Made by a program: the position numbers and the translations under genes. From contig JAQUKH010000009.1 of NCBI GenBank assembly GCA_028719205.1, forward strand, positions 55,082 to 75,081: a stretch of DNA of 20,000 bases. The letters are read 5' to 3'. This stretch comes from a bacterium (GTDB lineage: Bacteria; JACRDZ01; JAQUKH01). This document shows, piece after piece, positions 1 to 6,557 of this stretch; positions within the stretch are counted from its first letter, which is position 1; every line of letters begins with the position of its first letter. The notes beneath the pieces are model-generated. The model ran no database searches. It saw only the letters and a list, made by a program, of their open reading frames with translations, and had not been told where the DNA came from.

Positions 1-1
1 A

Positions 2-247
2 GAGATCAATGAAATTTCGGACCTGAAAACGGATATGCAGTTAACAGGTATAGTTACAAACGTCACGAATTTCGGCGCGTTCGTCGATATCGGCGTGCAT
101 CAGGACGGCCTCATACATATCTCCAAATTAAGCAACCGCTTCGTTAAAAATCCCCACGATGTAGTTTCCGTCGGCGACACGGTCAATGTAAAAGTGCTGG
201 CGGTGGATGCGGTGTTGAAGAGGATCTCGCTGGAGAGGGTGCAATAG
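2..247 (+). CDS. tex: Tex-family transcription accessory protein, C-terminal S1 domain (5'-partial)
   Basis: Frame is open from base 2 ([16 protein letters not shown]...). The motif [48 protein letters not shown]...RISL is the typical Tex S1 terminus. Confidence 0.9.
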   Translation, partial: EINEISDLKTDMQLTGIVTNVTNFGAFVDIGVHQDGLIHISKLSNRFVKNPHDVVSVGDTVNVKVLAVDAVLKRISLERVQ

Positions 248-282
248 TTCACCCTGTTTAATTCTGTTTTTTAAATTCCTAA

Positions 283-312
283 TGTAGGGGCGATTCGCGA
301 ATCGCCCCTACA
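283..312. repeat. GTAG-type REP element, perfect 30-bp palindrome
   Basis: TGTAGGGGCGATTCG|CGAATCGCCCCTACA is self-complementary and lies between convergent genes. Confidence 0.9.
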
Positions 313-385
313 AGAAAAATATTTTTACCTGAATGTGTATGGTATTTAATTATCCCATTAAAATTGTCAAACAAAAAATCTTAAG

Positions 386-411
386 AGGGCAGGGCAAGCC
401 CAGCCCCTACA
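386..411 (-). repeat. GTAG-type REP element
   Basis: Minus strand reads TGTAGGGGCTGGGCTTGCCCTGCCCT: GTAG end followed by a hairpin. Confidence 0.8.
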
Positions 412-451
412 TTAATAACCGTAATCAAAATTGTTAAAAAATATATTAAAA

Positions 452-479
452 AGGGCGAACACATGGGTTCGCCCCTACA
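452..479 (-). repeat. GTAG-type REP element, probably doubling as terminator of the 518-883 gene
   Basis: Minus strand reads TGTAGGGGCGAAC-CCATGT-GTTCGCCCT followed by a T-run. Confidence 0.85.
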
Positions 480-517
480 AATGCAAAAATTATGGAAAAA
501 ATTACTAATACTAACTT

Positions 518-883
518 TTATACCGCTATTTCTAAAGATATTTTATCATAATCTATGGTTGGTGCTATTTTTCTGTTTGTCTCTGTTTTTTCAATCAAGC
601 CCATCTGCCCTAAGTATTTCACGTCATCAGCGACATTTTTTATATCCCTGTTTATCATCCTTGCAAGTTCATTAATAGAGGAAGGTTTTTTTGCCTTGAT
701 TATACGCAATAGTTCGAGCCTTTTAGGTGTTAAGGCCTTTCTGAACGCTTCAAAACTGGTGAAGTAAACGCCGGTTTCTTCTTTAATCATTTCCCCGCGT
801 TCGATGGATTCACCTGTTTTTTCAAAATCATTTAATGCGCTTTTTAAATCTTTAATGCCTATTTTAATCTTTTTAAGTTTCAT
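518..883 (-). CDS. HTH DNA-binding protein, HVO_A0114/MarR-like putative antitoxin
   Basis: YFTSFEAFRKALTPKRLELLRIIK...PSSINELARMINRDIKNVADDVKYL...GLIE pattern (winged HTH) of the family usually found downstream of DUF6516 toxins. Confidence 0.8.
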   Translation of the reverse strand: MKLKKIKIGIKDLKSALNDFEKTGESIERGEMIKEETGVYFTSFEAFRKALTPKRLELLRIIKAKKPSSINELARMINRDIKNVADDVKYLGQMGLIEKTETNRKIAPTIDYDKISLEIAV

Positions 884-890
884 AATTCAC

Positions 891-947
891 CTAAATACCG
901 CCAAATTCATCTATGATTTTTTCATGCCTGACTAAATTTGCATCCAT
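891..947 (-). pseudogene. Probable truncated DUF6516/TumE-like toxin remnant (MDANLVRHEKIIDEFGGI*)
   Basis: 18-codon ORF between the promoter and the antitoxin-like gene, ending 7 nt before its ATG. The sequence resembles DUF6516 N-termini as recalled (not searched). Confidence 0.55.
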
Positions 948-950
948 CAA

Positions 951-983
951 TGGTATTCTATACCAATAGCAAAAATTAATCAA
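951..983 (-). promoter_or_regulatory. sigma70 promoter with overlapping inverted-repeat operator
   Basis: TTGATT (983-978), 17 nt, TAGAAT (960-955). TGGTAT-N3-ATACCA palindrome at 951-965 covers the -10. ATG at 947 lies 7 nt downstream of the -10. Confidence 0.65.
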
Positions 984-1065
984 ATATATTTTTATTTATT
1001 AGATATTTATTTTATGGTTGAAATTAATGATCAAAAGTAAAATTGTGGGGAAAATATATAAAAAA

Positions 1066-1093
1066 AGGGCGAACAAGGTAGTTCGCCCCTGCA
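1066..1093 (-). repeat. GTAG-type REP variant, probable terminator of the hsp20 operon
   Basis: Minus strand reads TGCAGGGGCGAAC-TACCTT-GTTCGCCCT followed by a T-run, 16 nt after the stop at 1110. Confidence 0.8.
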
Positions 1094-1109
1094 AAAGAAT
1101 AAATCATAT

Positions 1110-1706
1110 TTATTTCTTTGGAAGTGTAATGACCAGCTTATTACCCTTTCTTTCATACTGCATTTTTGACGTGTCCGCGTCGGCAGGGACGGGAATGGAT
1201 TTCAGGAAGGTTGCGTAACTTTTTGAACTGAAATGTATATTCCCTGTGTCCTGTTTTTGTTCTTCTGTTCTTTCTCCTTTAATTGTTATATTCTGTTCAT
1301 TTACCCGAATATCAAGTATTTTCTGATTCAGTCCCGTAACATCTAATTCAATGACATACTTATTTTTTTCATTTTTTATTTCAAACCGGTCATCATAAAA
1401 AATATCGCTTCTGAACATTCCTTTATTAGGGTTACCTGTCCCGCTGAATGAATCCCTGAACATTTGATCCATTTCTTCCTGCATTAATTTCATCTCCTGA
1501 AATGGATCCCAGATATTTTCATTCGTTTTATCTTTATCCTTTTGTTTATTTTCTCTGGTATTTTTTTCCAGCTCTTTGATCTTTTTACGCAACACCTGGA
1601 TTTCTTTTTTTAAGTCTTCGACACTTTCTGCCGCGTATAATGGAAATGTTTCGAATATAAAAGCGGATAACATTAAGAAAATGATAAATATAATTATTTT
1701 TTTCAT
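1110..1706 (-). CDS. Hsp20/alpha-crystallin protein with signal peptide and coiled coil
   Basis: GGAGG (1712-1716) precedes the ATG at 1706. MKK plus hydrophobic stretch to PLYA/AES, then coiled coil, WDPFQEM motif and an alpha-crystallin domain ending GNKLVITLPKK. Confidence 0.85.
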   Translation of the reverse strand: MKKIIIFIIFLMLSAFIFETFPLYAAESVEDLKKEIQVLRKKIKELEKNTRENKQKDKDKTNENIWDPFQEMKLMQEEMDQMFRDSFSGTGNPNKGMFRSDIFYDDRFEIKNEKNKYVIELDVTGLNQKILDIRVNEQNITIKGERTEEQKQDTGNIHFSSKSYATFLKSIPVPADADTSKMQYERKGNKLVITLPKK

Positions 1707-1723
1707 AAAAACCTCCAATGGCA

Positions 1724-2170
1724 CTATTTAACTTCGATCTTTACTTCTTTTTCTTTAACTTCTTCAGTTTTTGGTACATGAACGGTTAAAATACCGTTAA
1801 CATAGGAAGCCTTTATGTCTTTTGGATTAACAGAATACGGCAGATCGAAGCTTCGGAAAAATGAGCCATACTCCATTTCCTTCATAACATAATCCTTTTT
1901 CTTTTCTTCTTTTTCCTCTTTGCGTTCTCCGTGTAAAATAAGTTTATGGTCCTGCAAAGAAATTTTAATGTCTTCTTTTTTCATTCCGGGGACATCGGCT
2001 TTTATCGTGTATTCGTCTTTTGATTCTTCAATATCAACCAATGGTGACCATGCCGCCAACCCCTGGTTTTTTCCTCTTTTCGTCATAAAATAATCTCCGA
2101 ATAACTTTCTCATGTCGCTGTCAAAATCAAATAGATCTCTTTCCGGTTCCCACTTAATCAAATTTGCCAT
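1724..2170 (-). CDS. Hsp20 small heat shock protein (cytoplasmic)
   Basis: WSPLVDIEE...ADVPGMKKEDIKI...YGSFFRSFDLP...ASYVNGILTVHVPK. AAGGAGG RBS upstream. Confidence 0.95.
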   Translation of the reverse strand: MANLIKWEPERDLFDFDSDMRKLFGDYFMTKRGKNQGLAAWSPLVDIEESKDEYTIKADVPGMKKEDIKISLQDHKLILHGERKEEKEEKKKDYVMKEMEYGSFFRSFDLPYSVNPKDIKASYVNGILTVHVPKTEEVKEKEVKIEVK

Positions 2171-2356
2171 AATATGCCTCCTTTTTTTTGTTTTTAATTT
2201 AGAAAACTTTTATGTGATATATCATATACTTTAAAAATAATAAGTAAATGGCCTGATTCTACTTTTGTTTGATTTTTTTCTAAGGCGATTTTAATTAAGT
2301 TTAAAGTCGACAAACAAATTAAAAAGAGTTAATATTAAAAAAAGCAGGAGGTGCGA

Positions 2357-2563
2357 ATGGCCAATAAAAATGAAACAAAAAATGAAAAACTTGCAAGGCT
2401 TGAAAAGGACTTAAAAGAGGTAAAGGGGACGTTGCCGGAACATTGTTATGGGAAAAACGGTTATATTGATTATCATAACGCGCCGGTATCCCTGTGGCAA
2501 AAGATAGAAGGTTTAGAAGAAGAAATAAAAGTGCTTAAAAAGGAACTTGGAATAAAAGATTAA
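2357..2563 (+). CDS. Small coiled-coil hypothetical protein (68 aa)
   Basis: AGGAGG RBS at 2346-2351 favours ATG 2357. Two amphipathic helices flank a LPEHCYG...YH loop. Confidence 0.7.
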   Translation: MANKNETKNEKLARLEKDLKEVKGTLPEHCYGKNGYIDYHNAPVSLWQKIEGLEEEIKVLKKELGIKD

Positions 2564-4536
2564 TCAGAGGCGCATTGTCTTGCTCTTTCATCTAAAAATT
2601 CCAGGCGTTCATAAAGCTTTTTAATTTCTTCTGTTAAAAAGTTTGATCTGGATCTGGTAGAAGCAACTTCCTGCGAGTTTTTTTTATAAAAAGAGGCATC
2701 TGCGAAAAGCGCGAATATTTTTTTCTGTTCCGCCTCCAACTTTTCTATTTTAGGCATAAGCTCTTCCAGCTCGCGTTTTTCTTTAAATGATAGTTTTTTT
2801 AAAGCGGATTTTTCTTTTGGTTTTACTTGCCCGCCGTGGAGGGTAGGGTCTTTTACTTCCGACTTAGTTTTTTGGGCTGGAGCAAGGGCTTCCTGTTGTA
2901 CCTTTGTTTCAACTTGTCCGCCGTGGCGAGCCTGCCCGGCTAGGAGGGACTGGCTTAGGTAATCATCATATCCGCCGGGATATTCATTGATCACTCCGTC
3001 CCCTTCAAAGCAGATCGTTGAAGTTACAACATTATTAATGAAAGATCTATCATGGCTGACCAGAAGGAGGGTGCCCTGGTATTCAAGCAGTAATTCTTCC
3101 AGAAGTTCCAGCGTTTCGATATCAAGGTCGTTTGTTGGTTCATCCATCACGAGCAGATTAAAAGGTTTTGTAAAAAGCCTTGCAAGAAGAAGGCGGTTGC
3201 GTTCTCCTCCTGAAAGGACTTTTGCCGGTGATCTGGCTCGATCCGGTGGAAAAAGAAATTCCTGCAGATAACCGATAATATGTTTGGGTTTTCCGTTTAT
3301 GACCACTGTGTCATTATTGCCGCAGACGTTTTGAATTACACTTTTTTCTCCATCCAGCTGTTCCCGTAATTGATCGTAATAAGCAATTTCAAGGTTGGTG
3401 CCAAGTATTACTTTACCTTTTTGAGGAACAAGCTGACCAAGAAGCAGCCGTAACAATGTTGATTTACCGCATCCGTTCGGGCCGAGTATTCCTATTTTAT
3501 CACCCCGTGAAATTATGGTTGTAAAATCCTGTATCAGGTGATTGTTTCCATAAGCATGTCCTAATTTTATCGCTTTTATTACCTGTTCGCCTGAAATAGA
3601 GGCTCCCTGCAGATTTACGCGGACTAATCCTGTTTGTTTACGCTGAGTTTTCTTTGTTGCGCGTAAACTCTCCAAAGCCCTTACCCGGCCTTCATTACGG
3701 CACCGGCGCGCTTTAACCCCACGCCTTATCCAGACTTCTTCCTGAGCTAATTTTTTATCGAATTTATCCCATTGGGATTCTTCAGCATCCAGCACCGCCT
3801 GTTTACGTTCGAGGAATGTTTTGTAATCACATTGCCAATTATATATTTTCCCGCGATCGAGTTCAATAATCCTTGTAGCGATATCAGTCATGAACATCCG
3901 GTCATGTGTGACAAAAAATATTGTGCCGGGATAATCCTTAAGAAATTGTTCGAGCCAGTTTATCGATTCTATATCAAGATGGTTCGTCGGTTCATCCAGT
4001 AAAAGTACTTCCGGTTTTAAAGCCAGGGCTCGCGCTAATAAGACCCGACGTTTTTGCCCACCTGATAATTTTTCAAAATCGCTTTCAGGGTCAAGTTTAA
4101 CATGTTTGATGATATCTTCGATCTGATCGTTAACATCCCAGCCTTCTGAGTGGTCCAGTTCAGCTTGCAGGATGCCAAGCTGTTTCATCAATTCCGGAGT
4201 ATGTTCTGTCTGCAGGCGGGCGGTAAGGTGATGGTAATCACTTAAAAGCTTTCCGGATCTGCCTAAACCGGACAGGACAATATCAAAAATATTTCCTTTT
4301 ATATCTGAGGGGACTTCCTGCGGCAAATGAGCTACCTGGATTCCTTTCTGAACGACAACAAGCCCGGTGTTTATTTTTAACTGGCCCGCGAGAACTTTCA
4401 TTAAAGTAGTTTTCCCTGCGCCGTTACGTCCAAGCAGGGCTATACGTTCTCCCGGTTCCACCTGAAGATTTAATTTATCAAAAATAAGCGGCCCGCCAAA
4501 AGCGAGCGTGATTTCCTGTAAACTGATTAATGCCAT
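2560..4536 (-). CDS. uup: ABC-F family ATPase Uup
   Basis: Two ABC domains (GRNGAGKT, LSGGQ, LLLDEPTNHLD; GPNGCGKST, LSGGE, DEPTNDLD), EEVWIRRGVKARR.RNEGRVRAL linker and KLSFKEKRELE C-terminal domain. Confidence 0.93.
   Translation of the reverse strand: MALISLQEITLAFGGPLIFDKLNLQVEPGERIALLGRNGAGKTTLMKVLAGQLKINTGLVVVQKGIQVAHLPQEVPSDIKGNIFDIVLSGLGRSGKLLSDYHHLTARLQTEHTPELMKQLGILQAELDHSEGWDVNDQIEDIIKHVKLDPESDFEKLSGGQKRRVLLARALALKPEVLLLDEPTNHLDIESINWLEQFLKDYPGTIFFVTHDRMFMTDIATRIIELDRGKIYNWQCDYKTFLERKQAVLDAEESQWDKFDKKLAQEEVWIRRGVKARRCRNEGRVRALESLRATKKTQRKQTGLVRVNLQGASISGEQVIKAIKLGHAYGNNHLIQDFTTIISRGDKIGILGPNGCGKSTLLRLLLGQLVPQKGKVILGTNLEIAYYDQLREQLDGEKSVIQNVCGNNDTVVINGKPKHIIGYLQEFLFPPDRARSPAKVLSGGERNRLLLARLFTKPFNLLVMDEPTNDLDIETLELLEELLLEYQGTLLLVSHDRSFINNVVTSTICFEGDGVINEYPGGYDDYLSQSLLAGQARHGGQVETKVQQEALAPAQKTKSEVKDPTLHGGQVKPKEKSALKKLSFKEKRELEELMPKIEKLEAEQKKIFALFADASFYKKNSQEVASTRSRSNFLTEEIKKLYERLEFLDERARQCASD
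2825..2950. repeat. Degenerate CCTGCCCGCC..GGCGGGCAGG palindromic elements inside uup
   Basis: ACTTGCCCGCCGTGGAGGGTAGG (2825-2847) and ACTTGTCCGCCGTGGCGAG-CCTGCCCGGCTAGGAGGGAC (2912-2950). Both encode HGGQV. Confidence 0.7.
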
Positions 4537-4584
4537 ATAAAAACCTTATTAAGTATTTTGATGAAAATGGGTAATAAAAAAACT

Positions 4585-4611
4585 AAGGGCGATATATGAA
4601 TCGCCCTTTTT
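4585..4611. terminator. REP-derived hairpin/intrinsic terminator
   Basis: AAGGGCGAT-ATATGA-ATCGCCCTT flanked by A- and T-runs. The stem matches the GGGCGATTC..GAATCGCCC core of the REP at 283. Confidence 0.65.
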
Positions 4612-4630
4612 GTTGATCCTGTTATTTTTG

Positions 4631-4648
4631 CCTGCCTGCGGCAGGCAG
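4631..4648. repeat. CCTGCCTGC-GGCAGGCAG short palindromic element
   Basis: CTGCCTGC-G-GCAGGCAG perfect 8-bp stem, GC-rich in an AT-rich spacer. Related to the elements inside uup. Confidence 0.7.
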
Positions 4649-4668
4649 TAATGTAAAATTAAAACTTA

Positions 4669-4779
4669 TTATTTTTTCTTGTGACTCGCGCAGAATTTTG
4701 ATTTGCCTGACGCGAAATTTTTACATTTTTTGCCTTCTTTTGTTTTACCTGCGCAACAAGCTTTTTTTGCATTTGCCAT
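4669..4779 (-). CDS. 36-aa basic C3H zinc-finger miniprotein (DUF5763-like); not in ORF track
   Basis: MANAKKACCAGKTKEGKKCKNFASGKSKFCASHKKK*. AAGGAG RBS before the ATG, TAA TAA double stop, C-x9-C-x10-C-x2-H spacing. Confidence 0.8.
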   Translation of the reverse strand: MANAKKACCAGKTKEGKKCKNFASGKSKFCASHKKK

Positions 4780-4882
4780 GTATTCTCCTTTTCGAATTAA
4801 AGACGGAAAAAATTATCCATCCTGCGGTTAATACTCCAACCAGTTATATCGACAATCTAACAAATAATCTTAATTTTTTTAT

Positions 4883-4911
4883 ATTATAGCACTCTTTGCG
4901 CAGGAAATCAG
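4883..4911 (-). promoter_or_regulatory. sigma70 promoter for the miniprotein gene
   Basis: CTGATT, 17 nt, then extended -10 TGcTATAAT. Confidence 0.6.
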
Positions 4912-4926
4912 ATTTAATTTTAAATT

Positions 4927-5202
4927 TTATTTAATATTGGTTTTATTAATTCTTATTTTTCTTTTCAGGATCATCTCTTTTTTTTCTTTTGGAAGTTTTT
5001 TTATCGCGCTTTCGAGCCTGAGCGCTCTGCCTTTTTTCCCGATTTTTTTCTTAAATACTAATTCCAGGGGTGATTTTCCTCTTAAATATTTTGAGCCTTT
5101 ACCCTCCTGATGTTCCTTAAACCTTCTTTTTATATCAGTTGTAATACCTGTGTATAAACTTTTATTTTTACATCTTATTATATACAAAAACCAGTTGATC
5201 AT
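4927..5202 (-). CDS. GIY-YIG nuclease family protein (YhbQ/UPF0213)
   Basis: WFLYIIRC..SLYTGITTDIKRRFKEH..GKGSKYLRG..P..L...ALRLE.AIKKL. Confidence 0.92.
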   Translation of the reverse strand: MINWFLYIIRCKNKSLYTGITTDIKRRFKEHQEGKGSKYLRGKSPLELVFKKKIGKKGRALRLESAIKKLPKEKKEMILKRKIRINKTNIK

Positions 5203-5299
5203 TAAATTGTCCCCTTCGAGGATAACAAGGACTAGAAGCGGAAAGAACCTGGCTTTCAGCCATCCCGATAAAATCGGGACGCTTAAGTCTTGTTTATTC

Positions 5300-5461
5300 C
5301 TAGCTAAACTTGTAACCTAACCATACGCCGATCATTCCACCGGCGCCGCTTCCAAGTATAGAGGCAACAGAAAATGTGTCAGCTCCCAGAAATATAACAA
5401 AATACTGTCCAATAATTGAGCCGGCGATCATTCCGATCAGGATCATTGTTTTTCGAGACAT
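5300..5461 (-). CDS. Small two-helix glycine-rich membrane protein (53 aa), probably leaderless
   Basis: MSRKTMILIGMIAGSIIG...GAGGMIGVWLGYKFS. The TTG start at 5497 in the ORF track coincides with a -35 box, so ATG 5461 is preferred. Confidence 0.75.
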   Translation of the reverse strand: MSRKTMILIGMIAGSIIGQYFVIFLGADTFSVASILGSGAGGMIGVWLGYKFS

Positions 5462-5468
5462 AATGTTA

Positions 5469-5497
5469 AGCATACTACTATTTTTAATGGTTCTCAA
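5469..5497 (-). promoter_or_regulatory. sigma70 promoter, leaderless arrangement
   Basis: TTGAGA, 17 nt, TATGCT, 7 nt, ATG. No SD sequence. Confidence 0.6.
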
Positions 5498-5591
5498 GTT
5501 TTTTTATTTGTTGCCACTTTTTTCTAAGCATAATATAATAACAGAGTATGAAAAATGAAAAAATACCGTGCTAAAATAAAAAAATAAGTTT

Positions 5592-5620
5592 TTTACAAAT
5601 TTTAAAAAATTTGGTATCAT
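5592..5620 (+). promoter_or_regulatory. sigma70 promoter of the HEAT-NHL genes
   Basis: TTTACA, 17 nt, TATCAT with a TG extension. Confidence 0.55.
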
Positions 5621-5651
5621 AGATAGTTGCAATTTCAATAAGGAAAAGATT

Positions 5652-6536
5652 GTGAGATCAAAAAGGATATTTATATTAACTTTATTTTTTGGGCTTTTAT
5701 TTGGTTTGGGAGATTCTCAATCACAGACAAGCTCAGAAAAAATACAAGAGACTATTGATTTGCTTAAAAATCGGGATAGTGATATTCGTAAGAAAGCTGT
5801 AATGGAATTAGGCGAATTAAAGGACGGGCGCGCGGTAAAGAGCCTTATCGATACGTTTCAGGATAGTAATGCGAATATCCGGGAGGAAGCATCCGCAGCT
5901 TTATGCAAAATAGGTAAACCTGCGATAGAGACCCTTATATCGGTACTCAGAGATGATAACGACAATCTTCGTGAAGGAGCCGCAAAAACTTTGAGTTGTA
6001 TGGGTAAAACCTCAGTGGATTTACTTATTTTAGAGCTTAAAAATACTTTCAGTTCTCTACATAAAGAAGTAATGGATGTACTTACTAAAATGGGCAATCC
6101 TGCCGTTGAACCGCTTATTAACACGCTTATAAATGATGAGGATACTGATGTTAAATTAAAAGCGGCTGAAGTTCTGGGCAGAATAGGGGATGTGCGCGCG
6201 GTTGACCCTCTTATAGCATTTTTAAAATATAGAGAGGATATGTTCCTTCAATGCAGTGTGGCAGTTGCTTTAGGTAATATTAAAGATGCACGGGCGGTAG
6301 ATCCGCTGATAGAAGCCTTTAAAACTGAAGAAGGCGGTGTCCGTCTGGCAGTATTGGACTCTTTAACTAAAATAAAAGATAAACGCGCGGTGGCACCTAT
6401 GGTTGATATGATTAAGAAAGATAAAAGTATTCAGGCTGAATTAGTAAAAAGCCTGGCTAATTTAATGGACAGTACTGAATTTGAAGCGTTTATTCTTGCC
6501 AATAAAGATGAACTTAATAATGTATTAGATAAATAA
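5652..6536 (+). CDS. Exported HEAT (PBS lyase-like) repeat protein
   Basis: N-terminal signal-like segment. Repeated VR..AA..LG.I.D.RAV.PLI..L units. Confidence 0.88.
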   Translation: MRSKRIFILTLFFGLLFGLGDSQSQTSSEKIQETIDLLKNRDSDIRKKAVMELGELKDGRAVKSLIDTFQDSNANIREEASAALCKIGKPAIETLISVLRDDNDNLREGAAKTLSCMGKTSVDLLILELKNTFSSLHKEVMDVLTKMGNPAVEPLINTLINDEDTDVKLKAAEVLGRIGDVRAVDPLIAFLKYREDMFLQCSVAVALGNIKDARAVDPLIEAFKTEEGGVRLAVLDSLTKIKDKRAVAPMVDMIKKDKSIQAELVKSLANLMDSTEFEAFILANKDELNNVLDK

Positions 6537-6557
6537 TAATAACCGACTTGACAATTT

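Noticed and set aside
283-479. Possible CRISPR array
   Set aside because: Repeats differ internally, spacing is irregular and there are no cas genes. They fit GTAG REPs.
463-1218. Plus-strand ORFs 463-675, 555-767 and 1018-1218
   Set aside because: Antisense to better-supported genes, some overlapping REPs, with no recognisable motifs.
2171-2350. CIRCE/HrcA operator upstream of hsp20
   Set aside because: No TTAGCACTC-N9-GAGTGCTAA. Only a short AT-rich palindrome (TGATATATCA, 2215-2224) that may be chance.
4698-4889. 63-aa plus-strand ORF
   Set aside because: No RBS. It is antisense to the zinc-finger miniprotein, which has an RBS, promoter and motif.
4927-5202. GIY-YIG protein as homing endonuclease or REP mobiliser
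   Set aside because: Stand-alone 91-aa YhbQ-type protein with no intron context or DNA-binding extension. No evidence links it to the repeats.
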